Notes under the pieces: generated by a model
Database searches by the model: none
Told to the model about the DNA's origin: nothing
Seen by the model: only the letters and a program-made list of their open reading frames with translations
Position numbers and translations under genes: made by a program
In this document: positions 8,493 to 17,064 of the stretch, piece by piece
How the letters are laid out: the number at the start of each line of letters is the position of its first letter
How positions within the stretch are numbered: position 1 is the first letter of the stretch
DNA from: Ktedonobacteraceae bacterium
GTDB lineage: Bacteria; Chloroflexota; Ktedonobacteria; Ktedonobacterales; Ktedonobacteraceae
Length of the DNA: 64,000 nt
Assembly: GCA_034438015.1 (NCBI GenBank)
Contig: DAOTTD010000185.1
Coordinates: 31,908-95,907, forward strand
Direction of reading: 5' to 3'

Positions 8493-10178
8493 ATGAGTTC
8501 CATATCACACATCCAGCCAATCGAGACGGCGGTAGAGCCAACATGGCAGCGCTATCTTTTTGATAGTCTGTTCGCCATTGTGGGATCGTTGTTGATCACT
8601 GCAATTATCGCCCTATTGCACCTGTATCCACGCATTCCCAATATCTCAATTCTTTACCTGCTGATCGTCTTAGGATTGGCAAGCTCGCGCGGACGGTACG
8701 CGGCTATTGTAGCATCGATCATTGCCTTTCTTTCCTTCGATTTCTTCCTGGTGCCGCCACTCTACGTGTTTACTGTTGCGCATGCGGAGGAGTGGATAGC
8801 ACTCTTCGCTTTTCTGGTGACGGCCTTATTAACGGGACAGATGGCATCAACGCTACGACTACAGGCGCAGGAGGCGCGCCGTCGCGAACGTGAGACGGGC
8901 ATTCTCTACGAACTCGTGCGCACAACGAACAACGACGAGAGGCTTGAGCAGCAACTCAATACTATCGCCAATGCTATCGTGACGGTCTTTTCGTCGTGGG
9001 GGATACGCGAGTGCGATCTTCTCCTGCCCGATTACTATGGGATACTGACCATGCAGGCCAGTGCGCCACGTTCTACACAACAGGTCGGGCTGCCAATTGA
9101 CGAAAAGGAGATCGCGTTGCAGGTGATGAAGAGTGGGAAAGCCATCGGACTACACGATGTCGCCCTTGCTCCACAGCGACTGCCCGGTTTCTCGCCACGC
9201 ATCATCATTCACAGTTCGACGGCTGGCTACGCTGCGCGTGTGCGCCTGCTGCCACTGAAAATAGGGCAGCAGGTTGTCGGCGTCCTGCGTCTACGCATCG
9301 AGGGCGGTCCATTTCACCCGGCAACTGAGGAGTCGCTACTGGAAGAGCAGGAACGGGCTGATCCGCGCACAACCTTTTTCTGGACCTTTCTCGATCAGGC
9401 GACCTCGGTGATCGAGCGCGCACGCCTGCGCCGCGAGAGCATGCATGTCGAGGTACTCCAGCGTACCGATGCACTGCGTAAGGCGCTGCTCTCGTCAGTC
9501 TCGCACGATCTACGCACGCCGCTTTCGTCAATCAAGGCGGCGGCCAGTAGCCTGTTACAGCAGGATGTGCAGTGGAGCGAGGAGGAGCGGCACAGCTTCG
9601 CGCAGGCTATCGAGCGTGAAGCCGATCGGCTGAACCGGCTGGTGGGGAATCTGCTCGATATGTCTCGCATCGAAGAGGGCGCACTGAAGCTTGAGAAGGA
9701 CTGGTACGGGGTCGCCGACCTGATGCAAGATACGCTAGAACGGATGCAGCCTCTTTTGCAGCAGCGCGAGGTTCATACTCATATAGACAAGAACCTGCCG
9801 ATGATCGAATTTGATTATGTGCAAATGGACCAGGTATTCACCAACCTGATCGAGAACGCCGTCCGCTACACGCCAAAGGGGACACCAATCGATATAGCTG
9901 TGCAAAGAGAGGGAAAGCAGATCCTCGTCACTGTGGCTGATCGCGGTCCGGGCATTCCTGCCGTCGATCTTGAGCGCGTCTTCGACAAGTTCTACCGTGT
10001 GCAGCGGGATAAACATAACGGGAACTACCCGACCGGAACGGGACTGGGGCTGGCCGTCTGCAAAGGCATTGTCGAAGCGCATGGCGGACGCATCTGGGCC
10101 AGTCCGCGCGATGGCGGTGGCGTCGTCTTCTCGGTCCTGCTGCCGATCAGCCAGACGGAGAAGCTCTCCGCTCAATAA
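8493..10178 (+). CDS. Sensor histidine kinase, KdpD C-terminal type (TM/DUF4118-like + GAF-like + HisKA + HATPase)
   Basis: Four N-terminal TM helices, H-box SHDLRTPLSSI, N-box NLIENAVRYT, G-boxes DRGPGI and GTGLGLA. No adjacent response regulator. Confidence 0.85.
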   Translation: MSSISHIQPIETAVEPTWQRYLFDSLFAIVGSLLITAIIALLHLYPRIPNISILYLLIVLGLASSRGRYAAIVASIIAFLSFDFFLVPPLYVFTVAHAEEWIALFAFLVTALLTGQMASTLRLQAQEARRRERETGILYELVRTTNNDERLEQQLNTIANAIVTVFSSWGIRECDLLLPDYYGILTMQASAPRSTQQVGLPIDEKEIALQVMKSGKAIGLHDVALAPQRLPGFSPRIIIHSSTAGYAARVRLLPLKIGQQVVGVLRLRIEGGPFHPATEESLLEEQERADPRTTFFWTFLDQATSVIERARLRRESMHVEVLQRTDALRKALLSSVSHDLRTPLSSIKAAASSLLQQDVQWSEEERHSFAQAIEREADRLNRLVGNLLDMSRIEEGALKLEKDWYGVADLMQDTLERMQPLLQQREVHTHIDKNLPMIEFDYVQMDQVFTNLIENAVRYTPKGTPIDIAVQREGKQILVTVADRGPGIPAVDLERVFDKFYRVQRDKHNGNYPTGTGLGLAVCKGIVEAHGGRIWASPRDGGGVVFSVLLPISQTEKLSAQ

Positions 10179-11380
10179 GAAGAGAGAACCCTCTCAACCG
10201 ACTCTCTTCCAAATTCATGGACAAGTGTATGATAAATCCCCATTAATGTACCTCCACCCCAAGGCCCATGAGAAAACACGAACTCACACACATCTTCTAG
10301 AGTAAAAGGAATAGCAAAAAGCTTTTTGTTTTCCATTTTATCTTTTACTCCTATTTGCCAGTTTTTCATAATTTCATGGGCAGTTTTTGGCGATTTCATT
10401 AACCCACGTAATCCGCACATATAATATTCTGTATCCAATCCAAAGCCAAGAAAAAGAATATCAGATACAGAAAAATCACTGTTTTCAATTAAGCCTAATT
10501 CTTCAAAAAGGCCACGACATGCACAACGATAGACATCTGGTGCATCACTGATCGTGCTTCTATCCAATGGTCTGCTTAATCCTTCTTCAACTGATGTCAT
10601 GAAATATCCAGGGCGTACCCCCAAATTTCCTTCTCTCTGAGCAAATAAGATATATCCATCTACAGTAAGAAGAGATAAACCGATCCCGAAAGGGATGGGA
10701 AGAGAGGGAAAAAGAATTTCCCAATCATATCCCAGGATATACTTTTCCCGAAAGATATTCTCCTTCAAACATCTATTCTTTGCTAAGATGGTAAAATAAT
10801 CTGTGGGAAGAAACCACAAGTTCAACTTCATGTGTTCATGGACGGGTTCTCTACTCAATTGGTAGTTGGCAAGATGGTAGATATCCCCATTCCATTGAAG
10901 CAGCTTCCCGTTTATCTCATTTTGTGCTTGTTCTTTCTCTATTCTTCCTCTCGTTTGTTCTATCTCTTCAATAAATCTTATTGGACGAGAATCATAGAAA
11001 GTACGAATGTTCTGCGGGGAATATGTTTCCGTTCCATTCCCATCAAGCACTATTAAAGTGGTTTCAAGTTTTCCAAAAGAAAAAAAACCATTACTCTCCA
11101 AAGCAGGGAGAGGTTTTTTATCATCTGTCATACGGTGTCTTAACCCCAATTTCCTTGGCATATCGATCTTCGCATCATACTGCGGTGCTAAATCGTGTAT
11201 GTCGCAGCCAATGACCTGTGCAAGTTTGACGCGGTCTCTCCTTGGAATAACTTGCTCGCCAGCAATATAGTGACGCAACGTCCCTTCAGGAATGCCGGAT
11301 TCACGAGCTGCTTCTCGCTGATTTAGTCCAGCGACCGCAAGCAACATCCTGAGCTTGTTCGGGTGTGGTGCTTCTTGCAT
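10172..11380 (-). CDS. XRE-family HTH protein fused to a Nudix-fold-like C-terminal domain with a degenerate Nudix box
   Basis: N-terminal LNQREAARESGIPEGTLRHYIAGEQ (HTH_XRE). C-terminal VEEGLSRP...CACRGLFEELGL resembles Gx5Ex7REUxEExGU with RE replaced by RG. Gene is strongly AT-rich relative to its neighbours. Confidence 0.7.
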   Translation of the reverse strand: MQEAPHPNKLRMLLAVAGLNQREAARESGIPEGTLRHYIAGEQVIPRRDRVKLAQVIGCDIHDLAPQYDAKIDMPRKLGLRHRMTDDKKPLPALESNGFFSFGKLETTLIVLDGNGTETYSPQNIRTFYDSRPIRFIEEIEQTRGRIEKEQAQNEINGKLLQWNGDIYHLANYQLSREPVHEHMKLNLWFLPTDYFTILAKNRCLKENIFREKYILGYDWEILFPSLPIPFGIGLSLLTVDGYILFAQREGNLGVRPGYFMTSVEEGLSRPLDRSTISDAPDVYRCACRGLFEELGLIENSDFSVSDILFLGFGLDTEYYMCGLRGLMKSPKTAHEIMKNWQIGVKDKMENKKLFAIPFTLEDVCEFVFSHGPWGGGTLMGIYHTLVHEFGRESVERVLSSY

Positions 11381-11534
11381 TGCACGCTCCCTTTCGGCAA
11401 AATCTGAGCGATTTTTGGTGACTGTGTGATGACATCTGGACGATTTATGATCACATTTGAATGATTTATGGGCAATTACTTGCCATTTTTTCCCTGCTCA
11501 TTGGGTAGACTTCTGAGAGAAGCGAGAAGGCACT

Positions 11535-11840
11535 CTATCCCTCCTGACTCTGATGGTTGGTATGGTTGGTGTCTCCAACGTCTCCACGAGATGGAGGTTT
11601 ACGAGGTCCTCTCGGTCCTGGCTTGCGCGGGGTAGCAAGGAATTTCTCTAGAGAGTCAGAATACACAAACCACTCGCGGCTGAGTTGAAAGCCCTCTAGA
11701 GTGCCCTTTCTGAGCAGTTGTGCGAGATAAATCCTCGTCAAGCCCGACCGCTCTGCGGCTTGCGGCGTTGTTAGGTACTCGCGGTTTGTATCAATGTTTT
11801 TGAGCATACGCACCTCATAGCGGCTTTCAAAAGATCCCAT
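11535..11840 (-). CDS. Small excisionase/MerR-like (HTH_17-type) DNA-binding protein with a basic Pro/Gly-rich tail
   Basis: YLTTPQAAERSGLTRIYLAQLLRKGTLEGF helix-turn-helix. Start could be an internal Met (MLKNID). Confidence 0.6.
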   Translation of the reverse strand: MGSFESRYEVRMLKNIDTNREYLTTPQAAERSGLTRIYLAQLLRKGTLEGFQLSREWFVYSDSLEKFLATPRKPGPRGPRKPPSRGDVGDTNHTNHQSQEG

Positions 11841-11868
11841 GAGAGAAGTGTAGCATAATTAACATCCC

Positions 11869-11897
11869 TTGACAAATCTTTTTTCTCAAGATACAAT
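11869..11897 (+). promoter_or_regulatory. Consensus sigma-70 promoter (TTGACA-N17-TACAAT)
   Basis: TTGACA at 11869-11874, a 17-nt spacer, TACAAT at 11892-11897. An inverted repeat TTCTCAG-N13-CTGAGAA (11899-11925) overlaps the predicted transcription start. Confidence 0.6.
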
Positions 11898-12206
11898 ATT
11901 CTCAGGATAATTATTTTTCTGAGAAATCTAATGGAAAGGTGCTTATCGACTAACGGTCAGACGGCGACGGAGCGGCATATGGGTAGGCAGATGCCGGTTT
12001 GGCAGAAGGAAAGGCAGTAAGCATAGAGGTAGGTCGTCACCTCTGGCGGCTCCCTCATCCCTGGCACCTCGTCAGAGTGCTAGAGATGAGGGATGGACCC
12101 TCAAAAGTGAAATGAGTGAAAACAAGAACTCAATGAGGTGTGCGCCCCGCTCCAATGCTCTGGTCGGGATTGGAGCGGGACTAGCCTACAAGAAGGAGTC
12201 ATCTTC
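11898..12206 (+). other. ~300-nt structured leader / possible non-coding RNA upstream of the acidic ORF and tnpB-like gene
   Basis: Several stem-loops: GGCAT..ATGCC, GAGGT..ACCTC, TCCCTCATC..GATGAGGGA (12051-12093) and an 11-bp stem CCCGCTCCAAT..ATTGGAGCGGG (12146-12179) just before the RBS. Confidence 0.4.
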
Positions 12207-12599
12207 ATGCAGACTGATACTATTGTACCAACAAATGAAGTCATCGTAAAAAAGTTAGCGAAGGCGTTGTGTGATGAGGATGGTTACGCCAATGAATCCC
12301 ACAGCACGTTCGATCAAATGCAGGTCACAACCGTTGTCCCTTTACTGTCCGCCTTGCTAGAAAATCCTGAGTTCCAGAGAGGATTGGCAATCGGGCACGA
12401 GTTCTTTGATGAGAGTTATGAGGAAGCCCCACTCACTGAAGACGAGATAATTAAGGAAGTGGAAGGAAACTTGAATCGTCGTATGGTTGAACAAGATAAA
12501 AAGATCGCTCGTGTAATGGGCGATGAGCCAACCTCCTACTTCTACAACCTTGGATTTGTGATGGGGACCATCGACAAAGGACTCACCTATACACGCTAG
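12207..12599 (+). CDS. Acidic 130-aa hypothetical protein
   Basis: ATG at 12207 follows AAGGAG. Very D/E-rich; no motif recognised. Confidence 0.55.
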   Translation: MQTDTIVPTNEVIVKKLAKALCDEDGYANESHSTFDQMQVTTVVPLLSALLENPEFQRGLAIGHEFFDESYEEAPLTEDEIIKEVEGNLNRRMVEQDKKIARVMGDEPTSYFYNLGFVMGTIDKGLTYTR

Positions 12600-12634
12600 C
12601 ACGGCTTCAGGAGTGGCGAAAGGAGAGCGGCATC

Positions 12635-13927
12635 ATGCAACTGGTTGAACAGCACGTCATTGATCGCAACGATCCACGTTTTCCCGTGCTTGATGCCGCT
12701 GCCTTTGCGTCGAAGAATTTGTACAATGCAGCGAACTACGAGTACCGACAAGCCTTCATTCACCAGGGGATTTATCTGAACTACAACGAGGTGCAGAAAC
12801 GCATGCAGTCGAGTGACTCGTACAAAGCACTACCAGCCAAGGTCAGTCAACAAATCCCGATGGTACTTGACCGAAACTGGAAGGGCTTTCGAGAGGGGTT
12901 AGAAGCGTACTACGAAGACCCTTCTAAGTTTCTAGGGCGGCCCAAGTTGCCAAAGTACAAGCACAAGACGCAAGGTCGTAACATCCTGGTCTACACGATC
13001 CAGGCCATTAGCAAACGAGGCTTGAAACGTGGGCTCATTCAACCCTCGATGCTTCCGATTGAGGTGCAAACGAAGCAAAAGGATGTCGATCAAGTTCGGA
13101 TCGTGCCGCGTTCGGGCTTCTACGTCGTGGAGGTGGTCTACGGGAAAGAGGTCAAACAGGCAGAAGTCAATCCTGCTTTTTACGCTGGTATAGACATTGG
13201 AATGAGTAATCTGGTTGCGCTCACCTCAAACAAGCCACATTTCAAGAGCATCCTTGTTAACGGGCGTCCAGTGAAGTCAGTCAACCAATTCTATAACAAG
13301 CGTAAGGCAGACCTACAGAGCAAGCTCGGTCACACCGGTACAACGAAGCGTATGGAGCGCATGACGAACAAGCGGAACAGGCGTATCGAACAGTATATGC
13401 ACACTGCCAGCAAAAAGATTATTGATCTGTTGGTAAAAGAGGGGATAGGCGTACTGTGCATCGGGAAGAATGACGCCTGGAAGCAAGAGGCAAACATGGG
13501 CAAGCGCACAAACCAGAACTTTGTTCAGATCCCTCACGCTCGTTTTATTGCGATGTTAACCTACAAGGCGGAACTGGTAGGCATTCGCGTCGAGATCACA
13601 GAAGAGTCCTACACGTCAAAGGCATCACTCTTGGACCTGGACCCGTTACCGAAATGGGAGAAGGGCAAGAGCAATGAGAAGCACACCTTTAGCGGCAAGC
13701 GCGTGAAGCGTGGACTCTATCGCACATCCAGTGGACGCTACGTGAACGCCGACATTAACGGTGCTGGTAACACGATCAGAAAAGTAGCCCCTGATGCCTT
13801 CGGGTCGGAGGGGGTAGAGGATGGTAAAGCGGTGCTTGCATCGCTGGTAGTCCATCCGGTGAGGATTGTCGTTCCCCTCACGAAGCCGAAAAGCACACGT
13901 TTGGCGACGAAAGCAAGCGGTCAATAG
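12635..13927 (+). CDS. tnpB: TnpB-like protein (IS1341-type solo OrfB), non-canonical variant
   Basis: 430 aa. RuvC-I GIDIGMSNL and RuvC-III NADINGAGN. YTSK motif but no CxxC zinc-ribbon cysteines. The canonical RuvC-II xxEDL position reads CIGKN. Confidence 0.9.
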   Translation: MQLVEQHVIDRNDPRFPVLDAAAFASKNLYNAANYEYRQAFIHQGIYLNYNEVQKRMQSSDSYKALPAKVSQQIPMVLDRNWKGFREGLEAYYEDPSKFLGRPKLPKYKHKTQGRNILVYTIQAISKRGLKRGLIQPSMLPIEVQTKQKDVDQVRIVPRSGFYVVEVVYGKEVKQAEVNPAFYAGIDIGMSNLVALTSNKPHFKSILVNGRPVKSVNQFYNKRKADLQSKLGHTGTTKRMERMTNKRNRRIEQYMHTASKKIIDLLVKEGIGVLCIGKNDAWKQEANMGKRTNQNFVQIPHARFIAMLTYKAELVGIRVEITEESYTSKASLLDLDPLPKWEKGKSNEKHTFSGKRVKRGLYRTSSGRYVNADINGAGNTIRKVAPDAFGSEGVEDGKAVLASLVVHPVRIVVPLTKPKSTRLATKASGQ

Positions 13928-13951
13928 AACGCGAGATTTCGCTACCCAACG

Positions 13952-14173
13952 CTATAGTTTTTTGGAACTATAACCAGCATCATCCAGGGTCGTCTCGATC
14001 AGTTGCAGCGAGACCTGATCGGGATGATAACGCAGATGGACCGTCTTTGTGGGAATGTCGGTATTGACTTTTTCCACGCCGGGGAGCGCGCCGAGCGAGG
14101 TGTCGATCGTCTTGACGCAGTGCTCACAACTCACATCGGGAACGGATAGCGTGATCTCCTGTACCTCTGCCAT
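13952..14173 (-). CDS. copZ: Copper chaperone CopZ (HMA domain)
   Basis: 73 aa, metal-binding SCEHC motif, ferredoxin-like HMA length. Confidence 0.9.
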   Translation of the reverse strand: MAEVQEITLSVPDVSCEHCVKTIDTSLGALPGVEKVNTDIPTKTVHLRYHPDQVSLQLIETTLDDAGYSSKKL

Positions 14174-14216
14174 CGTAAAATCCTTTCAACAGCCGCAGTG
14201 GGCTAGATACTCTTTT

Positions 14217-14498
14217 TTAGCGATTTCCTGCAATATTGTAGAGCTGGACCAGTTCCTGGATAACCTCGCCTTCGCGGTCGCCCTTGATCCCTTCGGGCAC
14301 GCAGGTCTGCAGGTGTCCCTCTAACACGATGCTTTCCAGCTTCTCCAGGGCTTTACGCACGGCGTATGTCTGGCGCAGTACATCGACGCAGTATTTATCC
14401 TCCTCCACCATTTTACGGATGCCAGCGACGTGGCCCTCGATATAAGAGAGTCTCTTCAAGACATCTCGACGACGTTCATCTTGCATAGTACCCGACAC
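14217..14498 (-). CDS. csoR: CsoR-family copper-sensing repressor
   Basis: 93 aa. RLSYIEGHVAGIRKMVEEDKYCVDVLRQ...GHLQTC carries the C-H-C ligand pattern of CsoR/RcnR. Confidence 0.9.
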   Translation of the reverse strand: MSGTMQDERRRDVLKRLSYIEGHVAGIRKMVEEDKYCVDVLRQTYAVRKALEKLESIVLEGHLQTCVPEGIKGDREGEVIQELVQLYNIAGNR

Positions 14499-14554
14499 CT
14501 TTCTCCATTGAATACGACTGCGATTCCCAAAAAGAAGCTTTCTACACGGTACTA

Positions 14555-14580
14555 TACCATACCCCCTGGGATGGGGTCAA
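14555..14580. promoter_or_regulatory. Candidate CsoR operator (GC-tract pseudo-palindrome)
   Basis: ACCCC-ctgggat-GGGGT at 14561-14577, about 60 nt upstream of csoR in the divergent intergenic region. Confidence 0.5.
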
Positions 14581-14682
14581 GAGCGTTTGACCTTAAGGGT
14601 TTTGTACGATTGACACGCCGGATTAGAGTTCTAATAGAGGCACTATTTCACTTTTCTATTTAGAAGGGCCAGTGAGAGACAT

Positions 14683-15798
14683 ATGGCATCGACGCAACCA
14701 ACATCGCCGATTGCGGACGAGCAGGGGCAGGCGGGGCCGAAGAAGAGACGGCGTCTGCTTATTATATTTTTGGCATTCGTAGTTGTCGTTCTCCTCGTCG
14801 GCTGGCAGGTAGTGAGTACGCGCGGCAACAACACAGATCCAAAGGTAGCGGGTCGCCCGTTGTCCAATCCACAGACGCATCTGCACACGGTAGCGGTAGG
14901 AGATAGGCCGGGCACGCTCTACCTCGGCACGCACTACGGCATCTTCACCAGTACCGATGATGGGCGCACGTGGCCACAGGCACGCGGCGTGCTAAATACG
15001 CTCATGGTAACGACCATCGCTACCAGTCCTGGGGATGCTAATATGCTGGCGCTCATTGGTATCCCCAGCGTCACGGGAGGAGCGGCTGCCGGCACCTATT
15101 TTAGCCAGAACGGAGGCGCGAGCTGGACGTTGCGCAATCCGCCCAACCTCTCGCAGGCGGCGTACCCTTACACAATAGTGGCAAGCAAGGCCAACGATCA
15201 GCATTTTTACGTCTACTACCTGTACGCGGGCTGGTTCGAGACGCGGGACATGGGACAACACTGGCACCCCTTCGCCCAGGGTAATCTGACGGCTATGCAG
15301 ACACCTTCTCTGCTCACATTCGCCAACAGTCCGAATCACCTGCTACTGGGCGGAGATCAGGGGCTTTTCGAGAGCAAGGATGACGGGCAAACCTGGCACA
15401 CGCTTGCCGCCGTGCAGGGCGACGTCTATAGCCTGGTGTCCTCAAAGACATCGCCTGCGACCATCTTTTGCGCAACCGACCAGGGGCTGTACACATGGCA
15501 GGACGGAGCGACACTGATCCGGCAGTTGCCCGGCACAACCATCTTCTCACGGCTGGCTGTCGACGCAACGGGCAAGATCCTCTACGGACTCGCGGCGCGC
15601 AACCTCTGGTACTCACAGGATGGAGGAGTCACGTGGGCAGAACGCAAACAGTTCCAGAGGGGAGACTTTACCGCGATGCTCCTCGATCCTCAACAGGCAA
15701 GCAGGCTCTACATAGGCTTCTTTCTCCCGGCGCAGGTAGTCTACACCTCCGATAGTGGCAAGAGCTGGCATGTTCTAACAGACAGCACAACACCTTAA
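14683..15798 (+). CDS. Membrane-anchored BNR/Asp-box repeat beta-propeller protein
   Basis: N-terminal TM anchor. Six SxDxGxTW-like repeats (STDDGRTW, SQNGGASW, TRDMGQHW, SKDDGQTW, SQDGGVTW, SDSGKSW). Confidence 0.75.
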   Translation: MASTQPTSPIADEQGQAGPKKRRRLLIIFLAFVVVVLLVGWQVVSTRGNNTDPKVAGRPLSNPQTHLHTVAVGDRPGTLYLGTHYGIFTSTDDGRTWPQARGVLNTLMVTTIATSPGDANMLALIGIPSVTGGAAAGTYFSQNGGASWTLRNPPNLSQAAYPYTIVASKANDQHFYVYYLYAGWFETRDMGQHWHPFAQGNLTAMQTPSLLTFANSPNHLLLGGDQGLFESKDDGQTWHTLAAVQGDVYSLVSSKTSPATIFCATDQGLYTWQDGATLIRQLPGTTIFSRLAVDATGKILYGLAARNLWYSQDGGVTWAERKQFQRGDFTAMLLDPQQASRLYIGFFLPAQVVYTSDSGKSWHVLTDSTTP

Positions 15799-15893
15799 GG
15801 CGGAAAAATAGGGATTCATCCTAATAGACACCCAGCGGAACGAGGGATAAGCTACGACGTGTATTCATTCATAGGTGTATTCAGGACAACTAT

Positions 15894-16544
15894 ATGAAAG
15901 GTGAAAAGATATTTATTATGCAGAATAAAGCATCGCGTGCCTATATAGCACTGCTCGCATCGTGCCTGAGTCTCGGCCTGGTACTCTTTGTCGCAGTCGG
16001 GACCGCCTCAGCCCATGCCAAAGTGATCGACTCCACACCGAAGGCCGATTCGACCATCACGAAGGAGCCTGCCAGTATACAGGTCACGACGGCGGAGAAC
16101 ATGACTATCGACCCGAAGCAGACCAATCTATTTGTTTATGGACCCAACGGTGAGCTTATCAGTCTAGGAAACGCCACCATTGATATCAACAACCCGATTC
16201 ACATGTCCGTGAAGATCAAAACTGGTGCGGGCAATGGTATCTACATTGTACACTGGATCACCAAATCGGCGGACGATGGCGATCCAGATGAAGGCGCATT
16301 CGCGTTTACTGTCAATCCCAACGCGGTCCAGGCGCCAGCCAGCAAGCAGACCACCGCAACGAACACGACAGCGATCAGCAATAGCAGTTCTCCCATTGTG
16401 CCAGCGATCGTCGTCGGCGTGATCGCCCTGCTGGTCGGTCTGGGAGCAGGCATCGGCATCGGGCGCACACGTCCAGCCGCTGCACGCGTTGATAGCAGCG
16501 CAGAGGCGACGCCAGAGGGCAGGGAGACAACGCCCAGGCCGTAA
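15894..16544 (+). CDS. copC: CopC-domain copper-binding protein with C-terminal TM anchor
   Basis: Signal peptide ending ASA|HAKVIDSTP (mature N-terminal His typical of CopC). C-terminal TM helix. Alternative start at 15918. Confidence 0.8.
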   Translation: MKGEKIFIMQNKASRAYIALLASCLSLGLVLFVAVGTASAHAKVIDSTPKADSTITKEPASIQVTTAENMTIDPKQTNLFVYGPNGELISLGNATIDINNPIHMSVKIKTGAGNGIYIVHWITKSADDGDPDEGAFAFTVNPNAVQAPASKQTTATNTTAISNSSSPIVPAIVVGVIALLVGLGAGIGIGRTRPAAARVDSSAEATPEGRETTPRP

Positions 16545-16677
16545 ATCAGCTCACTTGCAAGACCTGCCGCATTTTCACTTGACCTCTTAGGATTTCGTGT
16601 ATATACTTCCTTTCGGGGAGGCCGTAGAAGTCTTTGTTCCTTTACGACCCGTTTGAGGGTACTGCAACAATAATACT

Positions 16678-17064
16678 ATGCGTATACGACCATTCTTCTG
16701 GTGCCTGTTGGCCTTCGTGTGCGTGAGCGTGTTTCTTTTTGCGGCGACCAGCCGGGAGCATGCACCCGCTTTGCTGTGGGTGCATGTCGATCAAGAGAAG
16801 ATCACGGCGGCCAGCCTGACGACACTGGATCTGCATCTCACCGATCCGCAAGGTATCCCCATCGAGGAGGCGCACGTGCTGCCGAATGCGCGCATGACCA
16901 ATATGGACATGCAGGCCAGCTACAGCACGGTGAGCGCGATAGGAAAAGGCCAATACAAGGTACAGTTGCGCCTGTACATGGCTGGTCCCTGGCTCATTAC
17001 GCTGCGCGCAAATGCTGATGGCTTTCGTCCTCTAGAGCAGACGCTGCAAGTCAATGTCGTCTAG
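16678..17064 (+). CDS. YtkA/FixH-like domain protein
   Basis: Signal/TM segment, then an Ig-like domain with Met-rich ARMTNMDMQ. Typical partner of copC clusters. Confidence 0.6.
   Translation: MRIRPFFWCLLAFVCVSVFLFAATSREHAPALLWVHVDQEKITAASLTTLDLHLTDPQGIPIEEAHVLPNARMTNMDMQASYSTVSAIGKGQYKVQLRLYMAGPWLITLRANADGFRPLEQTLQVNVV

Noticed and set aside
11931-12020. 29-codon upstream ORF (MERCLSTNGQ...) within the structured leader
   Set aside because: No RBS, a composition untypical of protein, and overlap with predicted RNA stems. Treated as non-coding.
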